64,000 nucleotides of DNA from Tricharina praecox (Eukaryota), in NCBI RefSeq assembly GCF_024521635.1, contig NW_026250425.1, positions 62,001 to 126,000 of the forward strand, written 5' to 3'. Shown here in pieces: positions 36,650 to 50,500 of this stretch; position 1 is the first letter of the stretch; every line of letters starts with the position of its first letter. The notes under the pieces were generated by a model, which was not told the origin of the DNA, did no database searches, and saw only the letters and a list, made by a program, of their open reading frames with translations. Position numbers and translations under genes: made by a program.

Positions 36650-38455
36650 TGAGGGAGAGATCGGGCATGAATGGCACATTGAACGGGACATGAATGGGAC
36701 ATTGCAGGCAATCGTGCTGGGTTAGTGAATGAGGCTTTGAACGGGACATTACACAAATTATGCTGGGTGAGTAAATGTGAAATTGCAGACGATGGTGCTG
36801 AATGTGAGTGGAGAATTGAATGGGACAATGCAGACGATGGTGCTGAGTGAGTTAATGTGACCGAATGAGACATCGCAGACGATTGTGCTGAGTGAGTGAA
36901 TGTGACATTTGTTGAATAATGAAGTAGGTAGAAGAAGACAATAGTATTCAGTACAGCAACAGTACCTATCGTGAGCAGCTCTCTCTCTCTATACCGGTAT
37001 ACAAGCTTCACGAACCAGAAAATCTCTGGATCTAAACCTTCGGAAGGTGGGTCTTCCGTGGTCGGATCCCCCGCTAGAGTGCGCTAGGAAGATCGTCATC
37101 TCCGGAGGTCTAATATTCTGACATCATTGCAGAAGATTGTGCTGGATGAGTCAATGAGGCATTGAATGGGACATTGCAGACGAGTGCGGGTGTAAATACG
37201 ACACTGAATGAGACACTGCAGACGATCGTGCCGAGTGATTTGATGGGCATTCGATGGGATGTTGAATGAAACTCTGCAGACGATCGCTGGGAGCCTGGGA
37301 GCCTGGGAGAGTGAATGGCCACTGCCGACGACCATCCTGCGTGAGCAGACCAAGTAAACCAGTCAGGTGCAAACACCACGCCCTATCCGCCACCGCCCAT
37401 CTCCATACAAGCGAAGCAAAGTAGACATTATAGTTCGTTTCTATTCTCAAAAATAAAAATAATCCCACGAATATCAAAAATGAGCGATAATCCATGACGC
37501 ACCAGAATGCCGCCTCCCCGCCCCTTTCAAGACGGAAACAAAACTCAAATACGCGAATCGCACACGCACTCGTCGTCGTCATCCATACCTAGTCTCGAAC
37601 ATCCCACCGTTTTGTGCTGGGTGAGTGAATGGGACACTGAATGGACACTGCAGATCATCATACTGCGAGAGTGAATCGAAACTTCCAACGACCATGCTAT
37701 GTGAGAGTGAAACAACTAAAAACCTCTAGATTTAAACACTACGCCCTATCCATAGCCGCTCATCTCCCTACGAGCGAAGCAAAACAGATATTACAATTCA
37801 TTTCTATCACCAAATAAATCGTTAAATCTTCGCCCACCATCACCAAAACGAACGATAATTCATGACGCACCAAAATGCGCCCCCTCTTCCAAGACGGAAA
37901 CAAAACTCAAATACGCGAATCGCACACGCACTCTTCGTCGTCATTCATACGTAATCTAGACCATCCTCATGTTTTGTGCTGGGTGACTGAATGGAACATT
38001 GAATGATACCTTGCCAACGATTGTGTTGTAAGAGTGAATAGGTACCGCAGACGATCGTGCTGAGTGAGCGAATGTGAGGGAATGGGGCGTTGCAGACGAA
38101 TCGTTCTGGGCGAGTGAGCGATTGAATGAAACATTGCAGACATTCATGCTAGGTGAATGAATGAACACTGCCAACGATCATGCTCGATGCGAGTGCAACA
38201 AGTAAACCCGTCAGTTTCAAACACCACGCCCTATCCATAGCCGCCCAACTGCATACGAGCGCTGCAGAATAGATATTACATTTCATTTCTATCCACAAAA
38301 AAATCTTGACCAAAATCGTCGCGCACCATTAACCCAAGCCGAACCATATTTTATGACGCATCAGAATGCCCCCTCACCAGAGGGGAAACAAACAAAACTC
38401 TAATACGCGAATCGTCGTCATCATTCATTCATACCTCACCTCGACCCTTCCTACC
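36650..38455. repeat. Compound satellite: about 40-45-bp degenerate minisatellite blocks alternating with three copies of the Hsp70-like gene 3' end
   Basis: Units like TTGCAGACGATCGTGCTGAGTGAGTGAATG..ACATTGAATGGGACA. Larger units anchored by AAACAC(C/T)ACGCCCTATCC at 37371, 37734 and 38219, and by AAAACTC(A/T)AATACGCGAATCG. Confidence 0.9.
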
Positions 38456-40576
38456 TTCTCCCTCTCTCCCTTCGTCCCCTTCTCCCCTTTCACTCCCTTG
38501 ACCCCCTTCTTCGCCATACTCATCTCATAAACCACTGCGCCGCCGGTGACTGTCATGTCGAGGCTATAATCGACGCGATAAAACACGTCGCCCTTTTCAT
38601 TCCGCATCTTGACAAACCTTTCGACAGGGACGGGCTCGCTCTCCATCACGCACAGCTTCCGCACCGTGCTGTCGCGCTTGCTGGGCGCGGTCTCGGCATC
38701 GCATACCCACAGCTCCGTCTTGAGCGCGTGGGTCCCGCCGACTATGTCTGAAGCCGCGATCGTCCGGTAGAACGCGAACGAGAGCGTGCGTGTTGAGGTG
38801 GTTACGTCGCCCTGGAAGGATGGTCAGTGGGGAGGGGGAGAAGGGGCGGGGGCGGGACGGGGCGCATACCCGCCGGATGTACCACTGGATCCTGTTCCTG
38901 ACGACCCACTCGCATCGCAGCTGGTGCCACTGCTTTTCCACGTCATCATGTTTCTGGGGATCGAATTTGGCGTCATGGACGACGCCGTAGTAGCGACGGC
39001 TCAGGCGGGCCTTAACGGTGTCGCCCTGGAGGCCGCGGATTATTGCGCCGCGCACCACCGCGGTCCATGCGTTGCGCGGCTGCAGCACCGGGATGCTCCC
39101 GCTCGACCAGGACAGGATCTGTCGGTACAGGTACTCGCTGCTGCCGAAGCCGCCGACGAGAAGGATTGCGCCGACGGGCTTTTGCGCTGACTTGAGCACT
39201 TGTAACACTTGTGCCCCGAGGAGCTCGAGGACTTGCGCCACGATCGGCGCGAAGATCTCGCGTACTTCGTCTCTGCGACGGGTCAGCACATCTATATACC
39301 GTAGTGTATGGGACGAAAGCGCACCTCGAAACCCTCAAGAACCCACCGCGCATCCTTCCGTCGTCCGTATCCGGCACGCCCATCACAGGCACCCAAAAGT
39401 CATCATCGTCGTTGTCGCCAGCAACCTTCTCCGAGAACTCTCTTTTCATATACGTCTCCCAATACTGCCCCATCTGGAACTTGGCGCGAGGATCCATAGC
39501 CTCAAACCTGTCCCTACCAATCTTCTCGGCCACAAAGTCCTCAAACCTCCGGTCAAGATAGACCGCACCGCAGAGCGCGCCCGTTCCCACCGCGACCTCC
39601 TGCAGCTGCAGCGGTTGCAGCGACGAGATGGTATACGTGATCAGGTCGACCGTGCCGCCGCCGGCATCACACACCGTAAAGCAGTCCCCCTCCTTCAGCG
39701 TATTCGGCCTCAAGCTTCGCAACGCATACTCCGCGGCGCCCTCAGGCTCCGTGATGAGTCTGAGCCCGCCCCCTTCCTCGTCCTCCACCCCGCCTAGCCC
39801 CGCCGCCACCGCCGCCTCCAGCGTAGTCGCCCGCGCCTTATCGCTCCACACGGCGGGGACAGTGAGGACATACTCCACCGGGGTTGTCTCGACCACCTCG
39901 GCGCCCAGGCGCCGCGTCAGCGTTAGCAGCGTGTAGGCGCGCAGGGCGCGCAGGTAGTCGGTCACGATGGAGACGGGCGTCTTGCCGGGTGGCAACACGG
40001 ACTTTTTGGGCTGGACGAAGGTCGGACGCGGCTGTGACGGGTCGAGCAGGATCTTTACCCAGCTGAGCTTTTGCGGGTCCGCCGCGGGGACTTCGAAGCC
40101 CCATTTGAAGGAGAGCGTGTCGGGGGACGGGGTGAGGGAGGAGGGGGTGGGAGTGGTGGTCGCGGGCGGTGATGGCGAGCGACCCGTGTTGTATGAGATG
40201 TCCGACGGGACTTTGCCCCAGTCTTTGCCCGACTGCCCCGGCCATTGCGTGATCACCTCGTACTCGTCGGGAGTGCTGGTGTGGGCCCAGGCGAGGGCGC
40301 TGTGGGTGGTTCTGGGTCGGGCCGGGTTAGGGGGACTGCTGAGCTGGGCGGGGGGAGGGGGACGGGAGTGGTTTGGTACCCAAAGTCGATGCCGACGATT
40401 ATCCGATCGCGGTCTTTCTTGTCTTCGGCGTCGGCGGGCGGGGGTGTTGCCGGCGGCGAGTACTCGATCGGAGTGGACGCGGTTGAGGCTGTGGAGTGTC
40501 TTCTCTCCTCCTCGGACGTGTGAATGCCGAGGCCGTGGAGCGCGGTTGCCAGGCTCGTGGTCGACATGTCCGACAT
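38425..40576 (-). CDS. Atypical Hsp70-family / actin-like ATPase (HSPA12-like fungal group)
   Basis: Exons 40576-40380, 40311-39325, 39272-38870 and 38811-38425. IIVGIDFGTTHSALAW, LTVPAVWSDKA, ITEPEGAA, VCDAGGGTVDLITY, LCGAVYLDRRF, ILLVGGFGSSEYL and AVVRGA. Confidence 0.92.
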
Positions 40577-41834
40577 CTTCTGATTAATTTTTTTCTTTTT
40601 TTTTATAGCTACCCTTACGTATGTGGAGCTGAGAGCTCGCTCGCGAGCTACCGTATACCACCTTTCGCTTCTCTAGGTAGCTGAACCTTGAAGAATACCG
40701 GTACGTCCGATGCGTTGCCGAACGGGAAGAGGATCCAGATCCAGATTGTCCGAGCTGAGGTTGTGAGGAGCGGTTCCTTGTAACACCTACGCCGGTACAC
40801 TTGAGGGCTGTTGGGTTATGGGTGTTTGCGAGAGAGGATGGTCGGAGGAGGGGTCGGAGGGGTCGGAGGAGGGCGAGGTCAATATTGCTGGACTGGAGGG
40901 GCGCTTCTGGTCGACAGCCATCTCTCTTTCTCTCCCTTCGCGCTCACCTCGGTCGGAGATGGGATACATGCTCTGGCATGCTTTTGGGTGGTGGGTTCCC
41001 CTGAGTTTGAAGATATGCAGCGGTACGACCTAGAAGCCCATAGTTGGCCCCACCATCTCTGGCTCATTGGCCGTGGCGATAATTGCGGGGAGGCGAGGGG
41101 ACGGTGGGCGCTTGGAGAAACGAGTGAGTGTACATGACTCGACAATGGCATTGTCTCGCATCTCGACCTCGCACTCGTTCTTGTCTCACTTTGGCGGCAA
41201 CGATTGGCATCCAGGATTCTGGGTACTACATAATAGCATTTTGGAATAGCTGGGATGTGACCTCACAAACACTCGACGACATGAGGATTTCCGCCCCCGC
41301 TGACCCTGCCTCAGCTGAAAAAGCGCGCTATTCGGTCGGGGAGTTGCACACCATCACGGTTCGGGAATGCTGACTGGCTGGCTGGCGTTGGGGTTACCTT
41401 CGGCGGACGGATGCACGAGGCCGGGAAAGTCCTTATTCGTCGCCACACGGAGGGGGGAGTGGGAGGGTAGAAGGGGCGTTTGTCTGTGGGATGGTCGGGG
41501 GGGAGGGAGTGGTTTCCCTCCCAACGCAACGCATGATATCCGCATGCTTGGCTGGTAGGCAGGCTGGGTTTCTGCACTCGCCTCACCCACCTGAACGCAG
41601 ACATTCGCGTTCCGCAACAGCCAATTGGAGCAATTGCAGGGCCACGTCGGATGGGATGGAGGGGGGACTCAACTGGCCCAGTGATCTTGATTGCTGACGC
41701 AGACGAGTGGGGCCAATGGGACAGGCAAGGTGGTGCAAGCTTTTTATTTTATTTGTCGTTGTTGTACTAGGGATGAAGGATGTGGTATGTGGAACCTTAA
41801 GGAGATGGAGGAAGGAGAGAAGAGAAGGGAAGAG

Positions 41835-41903
41835 GAAGAAGAAGAAGAAGAAGAAGAAGAAGAAGAAGAAGAAGAAGAAGAAGAAGAAAAGAAGAAGAAG
41901 AAG
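41835..41903. repeat. (GAA)n microsatellite
   Basis: Near-perfect GAA run read directly. Confidence 0.95.
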
Positions 41904-44515
41904 AGCAAGAGGTATGGGTATCTCAAAGCCATTCGGGTTGCTGGCTGGCTGGCGCATCTTGATCTTCTTCTCCTCCGCTCGCGCCACTCGTCAAACATCT
42001 GAATGCGGTGGTATCTACAATGCTTATCTGCTGCTGCTATTGCTTGCATGTGCTTTTGCTTGCTTGCTGCACTCAGTTGTTCCGATCGGTGATGAATGTA
42101 TCGCGGGAGGGATCATCAGCCAGACAAGAAATCGCCCCAACGACACACCTACGCCGATACTGCCCCGCCGCATTTCGTCTATCGAGTCTCGAGCAGCTGG
42201 CAGGCATCTTCAGCAGCATCACCAGCAGCAGCAGCAGAAGCAGCAGAAGCAACGGTCTCCTCCCCGTCTTTGCTTGCTGCGATCCGCCTTCGTAAGTGTG
42301 CATGGCGTGCATGAGCCCACCACTAACCACTTATTTACTGACTTACCCTACTCTAGTCTCTATTACGGAGTTGATACGCTGCAGACCCACGCAAGTCGTA
42401 TTTACCTCCATGCTCAGATTCCTCACGACCAATCCCGTCGTCGCCTAGAGGAACCTCTAATGAACGACACCTTACCGTTAATCGGCTGCACTGCAATTTG
42501 GCCTGCAGCTCCCTCAGCTCTAGCGTGTGTCGATTTTTTTGATTTTTTTCCGTCCTTCCTTCCTCCTTTTCTTTCGTACGATTAATACTAACTGCTCCTA
42601 GTACTAGTACACTGGACGAGCAGGCAGCATCAGCCAGAGACGAAGCCGCCTTCTCCCTTCTCCGATCTTCCCATCTCCGCCTTCTCCTGCACCACAGCCC
42701 CTTCCCGCCTGCCCAGCGCCTCCTGCCTTTCCCGCCTTCTCGTTACCGCCCCTGATTTATCGCTCACTGCGGGAATCCTCTGCTCTGCGCCACTTCTGTC
42801 CGGATACCCACACGCGCTTTGCATATGATCCTCGCGATATTGCCAATCATCTCCGTGCTCTCGTAGCAGCCTGACTTGTTCGCAATTATCGCCGCTTCCG
42901 AGAATCCGAACTCTGTAACGACCTCTTGCACGACCAACAAACGAACAGACCGACAAACGGACAAACGAATAACGAATAAACGAATAAACGACCATCACGA
43001 CAATTCAAGACAATTCAAGACCACTCACGACCATTCACGACCTCTTACGACTGTTATTGTATTCTGTTTAGTTTCCTGTCCGAAGCCCGAGATATATATC
43101 GTGAAGAAACGAAGAAACGAAGAAACGGAAACCCGATCCCTTGAAGAACTGTGGCTTGACCGAGAGATATCGAACACGGGCCGACCTTCCACTGTCCCGT
43201 CTTCTTACTGCCTCTGTCCGTACCGTATCCCGAGCTGATACATACTCGATTCGCCACTGAGGTCCTTCCTCTTCTTCCTCCTCTTCAGCTCAGCCCGTCT
43301 CGCCTGCCTAGGGTACATTGTGCCGTGGCTCCCTCTCGTCTCCTCTTTCTTCATCGGCTACTGGCCTTTGCCCTATTCTTGACCTTACCTAGATCCATCC
43401 CCTACCCTTTTTACGCGGCCCCTACCAGCTTACCAGCTTGCCTGCTTGCGGGTAACTAGAGTCCCTAAGTCCCTGGAGCATTCTGCTGCAATTTACCGTC
43501 CCGCGGCCACTCAGACGCTGACCCCGATCCGACGCAGACCACTCTATATCCCCTTGGAGCACCGCATAACGACGGTCCACGCTTTCCTGTGCACTATTAT
43601 CGTCGCTTTTACCGTGACCCACCTTGGCCTTTTCGATTCGACGGAGAGATCTTGGTTAGTAGGAACACATCCTCCAAGTAGGTAGGCCGTCAACAAACAC
43701 CCATCACCCTCTTCCACCATCATCATCGCCGCCTCCACCCTCCACCGCCGCCACCCTTCTTCTTCTTCTCCTCCGGTACGCAACTGCGACTAGCCGCCCT
43801 CTCACTGGTTGTCCTCCCCGTTCGCATTGCTGCCTATCATCCATCATTCCACCCCCATCCACATCATCCTTCTTGACCTACCCTACACGCAAGTCCGTTG
43901 CATGCACATCGCCTCCCTCAAGTGGCCTCCTTGAAGAAAAAGAAGAAGAACACGAAGACGAGAACTGCCTTCCTGCCTTCCTGCCTTCCTGCCTTCCTCT
44001 CCCTGACCCATCCATCGGCACCAACCACATCGTCTCCGAGAAGAAGAATTGAACGAACGCGGGCCCAATCACATCACACTGAGCCCACACAGACGCGACC
44101 AACCCGTCAACCAATACCGCAATTGCTAGCAATTGGTCAGACGGTATTTACTTGCTTGCAATTTGCTTTGCTTGTTACTACTACTCTACTACTCCTGAAC
44201 GGCCGGCCAAACACATCGATACCCTTCCCCCCAACTATTAAACGAATAGACGCCCTCCAACTCCGCGCGCGCGCGTCCTGCCCTGTGTATTACATATTGT
44301 ATTCCATTCATCCAATCCACGAAAGCGAGCCTCGAATTCCTTCTGTGTTATTAGCATCCATTTCCTCCCGTTCCGCGGCCAATCGCATCGTCCAGATTCG
44401 CGTCCATATTTTCCTACATACATAGCGGCCATAGAATCAACGCGCGACTCCCTCGAGAGAGTTCTGTGCTTGTTTCGAACGAGACATCAACGATAATCCA
44501 TCACCATCGCCGGAT

Positions 44516-47500
44516 ATGTCGTCGCCCATGAAGTCATCACGAACCCCTTGCGCCGAAGGGCAGCAACAGCAACAACAATCCACCGCTCCCGGCAGTGAGC
44601 CCTTCCTCCCGCGCGGCCTCTCCGCAGCAAGCAACAACAACACTACCACCACCACCAAAACAGCCGATCGCGGTCAGTCCGCTGTTACCACATGCTCGGT
44701 TCCTCTTCCGGCCGCGGCAACAACGGGAACCACTGTAACACCCATAACTACAACCGCAGCGAAGTCCAACGGCGCCGCGAACGCGAACGTGAACACGTCG
44801 AGCTCCTCGGTCTATGCGCACATGTCGACTGATGGTACTTCTACGTCGGGTACGTATGATAAGCCCCCGCCCTTTGCTAACTCGTCATACTATGGCCAGA
44901 CCTTGAACGGCGGCGGAGGTCTGGGAATAACCACTACAGCTACAGCTACAGCAGCAAATACAGCGGCACATACTTCATCGACACCAATGTCGGCAATGCC
45001 AATACCGATCCCCACTCCCAGTGCACCCCACGGCCTGCCATCCACATACAGGCCCGTGCCGGTGCCACAGGTGTCGCCGTACACCACCGGGCCGCTGGCG
45101 GGAGCGTCATACACCGCGTTGACGCAGAGCAACAGCGCGCACTCGCTCTCGCACACGACCGCGGGCTACATGGGGGGGCAATCGAGCAGCAGCGGCTCCT
45201 CCAACCAGCACCAGCACCACCTGGTGCACCACCACAACGGCCACAGCCAGAGCATGCAGCAGAGCTCCAGCTCGATGCAGCTCGTCGGCGGCGGCAAGAA
45301 CCCGTTCGCGGCGTCCGGCTCCTCCGGCGGCAGCAGCAGCCTGGCCATGGTCCAGCACCAACACACGCACACACACCACAGTCGCACGGGGCTGCGCCGG
45401 AGTCTCAGCGGGATCTGGCGCTCGCTCAAGGAGTCGGAGCGCGAGCAGATCGGCCAGTTTGAGGCGTGGGCCGAGGTCGAGGGGATGTGTCGCGACTGCT
45501 TCGAGCCCGGGTCGTCCGCCGCCGATGCGCCAAGGAAGCATCATGTCAGTGAGCGGTGGGACGCGAAGCGCCGCGTGTGGGTGCCGAGGAGCCCGAGGGG
45601 TTGGGGCGAAAGGAGGAGGAGGAGGTCCACGTCTTCGTCCGATGGAACCGGCAGTAGCACTTCCAGCTCGGACTCGTCGAGTGACGACGCGGGATTGTCC
45701 TCGGGGTCGAGACGGAGGAAGCATGTGTACCGCAGGATCCGCCACGAGCGGAAGATCGAGAGTCGGCGGCGGAGACAGGAGGAGATTCGGAGCGCGGAGC
45801 AATCGCAGGGCTTGTTTGGAAGGGTTGGACGAGCGCTCGGCGTCGTCAGCACTACCACCGCCAGCAGTAGCAGCATGATCAAGCACTCATCGTCGTCGAC
45901 AAAGGTTGTGCACTCGTCGTCGTCGTTGACCGCCGGCCTCCACGCCGGCGGAAGCGCCGCGGGGAAGTCCAGCACTCTCTTTTACGATCCGGGGTACGGC
46001 GCGGACGGCACTCCACACCCACACTACTACGTAGAGGAGGAGGAGGAGGAGCAGGCGCGTCGCTCACGGCGATCGCACGACGGCGTGTACCAAAGCGTCA
46101 AGCACTCGAAGTCCTCGTCGTCCATCATGGGCAGCCTGTGGGGCGGCGCCAGCAAGAAGAAGGATAAGGGCAAATCGCGGCGCGGCTACCACTCCAAGAG
46201 CTCGAGCAGATCCTCGGTGTTTAGCGCGCCGAGCTCAAGCTCCGACAACGGCCTCGCCTACGGCTCGTCCGTCGGCTCGCGGTCGACCAGCGGCGGCGGA
46301 GGATTCTTCAGTCGCAGGAAGAAGCAGAAAGCGACGTCGGTCGCATCGTCGGATGCGCTCGCGTACGGTGATCTCTACTCAACCTCGCCGGAAATGCCGT
46401 GGGGCTCGTTCTCGCCGAAGAAGCCCGCGCCGATCTCGATGGCCGGCTCGATCAAGTCCGCGCTGTGGGGGTCGAAGAAGAGCGAGCGTCGCAGCTCGTG
46501 GGACGTGGTGATCGACAAGCGGCAGCAGCAGAACAACGGGTCGTCGAGCCGGGTTGGCGGCGGGTACAACTACAGCGACGTCGCGCTGACCCGTCACAAC
46601 TCTACGGGTGGCACTCGCGCAAACGCAACCACACGCTCCGGCTTCGTGGCCAACAGGCGCCACTCCTCGACCTCCGTCTATGGCTCGTCCAGCGGCGGAA
46701 AACTTTACCGTGCGCCGAGTAGTAGCAGCGGCTGGATGGGCGACTCCTCCGTCGGCTCGAGACGCAGCAGCTCCTCGGGGAGCAGCTTGTTCGAGGGCGG
46801 CGTGGCGCACGACGTCAAGAAGAGGAAGGAGGAGCGCAATACTACCACTACTGCCATGTCCAGCGGCCGCAGCTGGTGGACACTGGGTTTGCGCCGCGCG
46901 AATACTACTGCTACCACTACTTCTACCGCAGTAACCAGCGCGCGAGCCGCCGCTGCCGTCGCCGCTGGTGGTTCTGCCGGCCGCCGCAACAAATCGCCAA
47001 AATCGTATAGCTCCGACAGCTCCCTCACCCCGTCGAGCGACGACACGCGCCCTAGCAATAGGGGCCCCACGCGACGCGCATCGGCTGTGGCGGCGCTGGG
47101 CGGCGCGCTGTTTGGCTTCGGCGGAAGCAGCAAGAAGAAGCAGCAGACGACAAGAGGTGCGGGCGCGGGGGTCTATGCCGAAGAGCGCAACGGGAACGGG
47201 AGCGAGCGCAGGTCGGCGTCCTCGTATAGGGAGCACACTTATGGAGGACTGGAGCAGAAACAGGTATGTCTAAGTCATCTTCCCCCCACCCCCGTATCTG
47301 TATCACCGGATTTTTCTAAACCTTCGCCCCCACCCCTCGGGCCCGTGAGGAACAACAGACTACATCAAGGTTCGAGCCCACCACCAATGTCAATGTTGCC
47401 TCCACCTCCTCAACCTCCGCAATCGTCCCCGCCCCCCTCCTCGCGACAGAATACTCCTCCTCCTCCTCCCAGCACCGTCGTTCGCGCGTTTCCATCTCTG

Positions 47501-50500
47501 AGCTTGAGCGTGAGCGTGAGCAAACACATTCTTACCAGGGACCTTTTCCACAGCAGCAGCAGCAACAGCAATTCGGGCAACAGCAACAAGCGCAGTTTGG
47601 GCAATTCGGGCAACAAACGCAGTTCGGGCAGCAGCAAGCGCAATACGGGCAGCAACCCTATCTACCGCAATGGCAGCAGCAGCAACAACATCAACACCAG
47701 CAGCAACATCAGCAGCAGCAGTCGGTACAACAAATCGCACATCAGCATCATGAGCAGTATCAACAGTCGGGGTCAGCAGCAGCAACAACAGCAACAAAGG
47801 CAACGGTAATCACCGGCGCGACGCCGTCAACGCTGGTGACGCGCGTTGGCGTGTCCGGTGAGGGAGTGCGGCCCATTCCCTTGCCGCTGCAGACACACGA
47901 GCAGATACCACCGCCACCACCATCGGCGGCGGAGAAAGCAGTAGTAGTAGATAATAGTGTAGTCAATAATTCTTCTTCTTCATCTTCTCGTTATAATATC
48001 CATCAGCATACTTCTTCTTCTCACACATCTCATATTTCACATTCTCATATTTCTCATCAGCATATTTCTCATACTCATATTTCATCTTCTCATTCATCAC
48101 CCTCTTCTTCTTCATCTTCAGAGGCATTTGTTTCGGCCCCCTCGGTCGTGCGCGTTCACGGTCACGGTCAGGGACACGGACACGGACACGGACAGTCTAC
48201 GGCTGCAGGACATGTTTCTGAGGCCTCGTCCAGCGATTCTACTTCCGACTCGAGCTCGAGTTCGAGTAATGATAGCTCGGAGGATGAGGGGCATGTTTCA
48301 CGGAGGAGAGCGGGGGCAGTGGCAGGGGCAGTGGCAGGGGCAGTGGCAGGGACAGTGGCAGGCGGATCTACATCGACGAAAATCACGAAAACAAAAACGG
48401 AAACGGAAACGGAGACGCAGGTGAGGCGGAGCAAAGAGGCTTCGTCGTCTGGTGCGGTAATGGTAGCAGGAGGGGGAGCAGGAGGAGGGGCGGTAATGGG
48501 AGAGGTCATGCGTGGAGAACTCATTGGAGGAGGAAGTGGAGGCAGTGGAGCAGCATCGAGGACAGTGACCGAAGGCGGATCATCAGCGACCACCGGCTCA
48601 GGGGCATTCACTGGCGGAGCAGCAGTAGGAGGAGGATCATTCATGGGGACCGGGCACTCCTCACAATATTCGCACGGCGCGATCTCCGAGTCCTCGAGCT
48701 CCGGCTCCTCGCAGTCATCATCGCAATTCGTTGCCGGCGCATCCACTTTAGCGGCAATCGGGGCATTCCAGCAGCCAGCACGGCACTTTATCGACTTCGA
48801 CAGTGCGCCTCCGATGCCCACAGGCAAGATGTCTTTGCAAGAATCCGTGCGACAAGCCGGTCTCGCGGCCAAAGCCGCGCCGATATCTACGGGTGCGCGG
48901 CTGCGCGCTGCAGCCAACGCGTCGCGCATCGCCGCGGACCAGCTGCGGCTGGAAGCGGAGGCGGTCAAGGCGCGGCGCGATCAGGAGCTGGCGGATCAGG
49001 CGCGGCAGGACACGATACGCCGGAAGCTCGAGGATGATAGACGGCTTGATGAGCTCGCAAAGGAGAAGATTCGCGAGTTTGAGAGGCTGAAGGAGGTTGA
49101 GAGGGCGAGGGTTAATGAGCTCGAGAAGGCGGCGATTAGGACCGCCATGATTGCCCGCGAGAAGAGAGATCGTGAGGTTAAGGAGGCCGAGCTGTGGAGG
49201 GCTGAACATGAGAAGGCGGAGAGGACCAGGAAGGCGCTGGAGGCGGGGATCGACGAGCGCAGGAGGCGCGAGAGTCTCGCTATCGAGGAGAAGATTGAGC
49301 TCGAGCAGCGGGCGGAGAGGGAGAAGCAGGAGGGCCGACGCAGGGAGTTGCTGGAGGCCGAGGCGAGGCGGCTGGGGTATCTGAGAGCTGAGAAGGAGCG
49401 GCTGGTACAGAAGCAGAGGAGAGAGTCGGTTACTGCTACGGCTACTACTACTTCCTCTACGAAGGAACTGCACTCGTACTCCTCCTCCTCCTCCTCCGAG
49501 AGCGTTCAGCGGGACGTATCCAGGGGACGCACGTCCGGTCGCGATCAGGCTATCATCAACACCAGCTCCACATCTGCGAGTGGCGAGCATGCGGCCGAGG
49601 AGCGTGGACGAAAGCAGACCTGGACGCAACGGCAGATCCAGCTGGCGGCCGAGGCCAAGGCTCAGGAGACGACGATCTCCACTGCGCAGCCATCAGGCAC
49701 ACAAGTCGTCACCTCTACAGAGAAACTCGAGTCGACCTCAGTGGTCTCTTCATCCGACGAGACGGAAGAGAACCGACTCTCGCGCACTGCGCTCGAGCGG
49801 CAAAAAGCCGAGCTCGAATCCATGATCGCGGAAGCGAAGAAGCGCAGCGTCAAAGATCGGCGGCGCCGCGAGCGCAGCTCGGACGAGTACAAGAAGAAGG
49901 AGCGACGGCGGCAGCGCGACTCGTCGCGCGACCGCGAAGCCGAGCGCGCCGAGGCACGGAAACAGGAGGTCGAGTATGTCCGCAAGAAGCTCGGGCTCGG
50001 GCCCATCGTCAAGGACACGCCCGACGAGAAGAAGAAGGCTATCACGTTCACGGACGAGGAGAAGGAGGCTATGATTGATCGCTTCGGCACCTGGGAGAAC
50101 TGGACTGGTAGGGTCCCCAGACTCATCGAGACCCCGCCCACGCCGAGGTTTGGCGCCGCGATGACTGTCCCCGTGGTCCACTGCGAGGGTAGCGATTACT
50201 TTGGCGGCGCGACTCATGAGCCGTCCAGCGCGCCGGAGACTGTCTACCCCGTCATGACCGCCCCCGGGACCCCGTCTATCTCCATCAGTGGCCCCGATGA
50301 CGTTCCGGACCTGCCTTCTCTCGGCGACGAGCCGGAGATTGTCACCGCGGAGCTGGAAATTGTCGTCGCAGAACCCGACTTTGGCGATGATTTCGCGCCG
50401 ACCGATATGCCGCCGTTCGTTGCGTTCAACCCCGTCGCGGGCATCGAGTCGAATCATGGCAATGCTTTTGTGCCCGCCATGCCGGCTATGCCATCGAGTG

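Noticed and set aside
36439..38200. CRISPR-like or coding interpretation of the repeat/spacer region
   Set aside because: Eukaryotic context, degenerate repeats of irregular length, spacers homologous to one another, no cas genes, and no reading frame maintained between units.
41583..42585. Poly-K / poly-E / poly-F ORFs
   Set aside because: Artefacts of the (GAA)n and (CAG)n microsatellites.
42630..42998. Minus-strand 122-aa ORF between the Hsp70-like gene and the giant gene
   Set aside because: Partly simple-repeat derived, with no recognisable motif or splice support.
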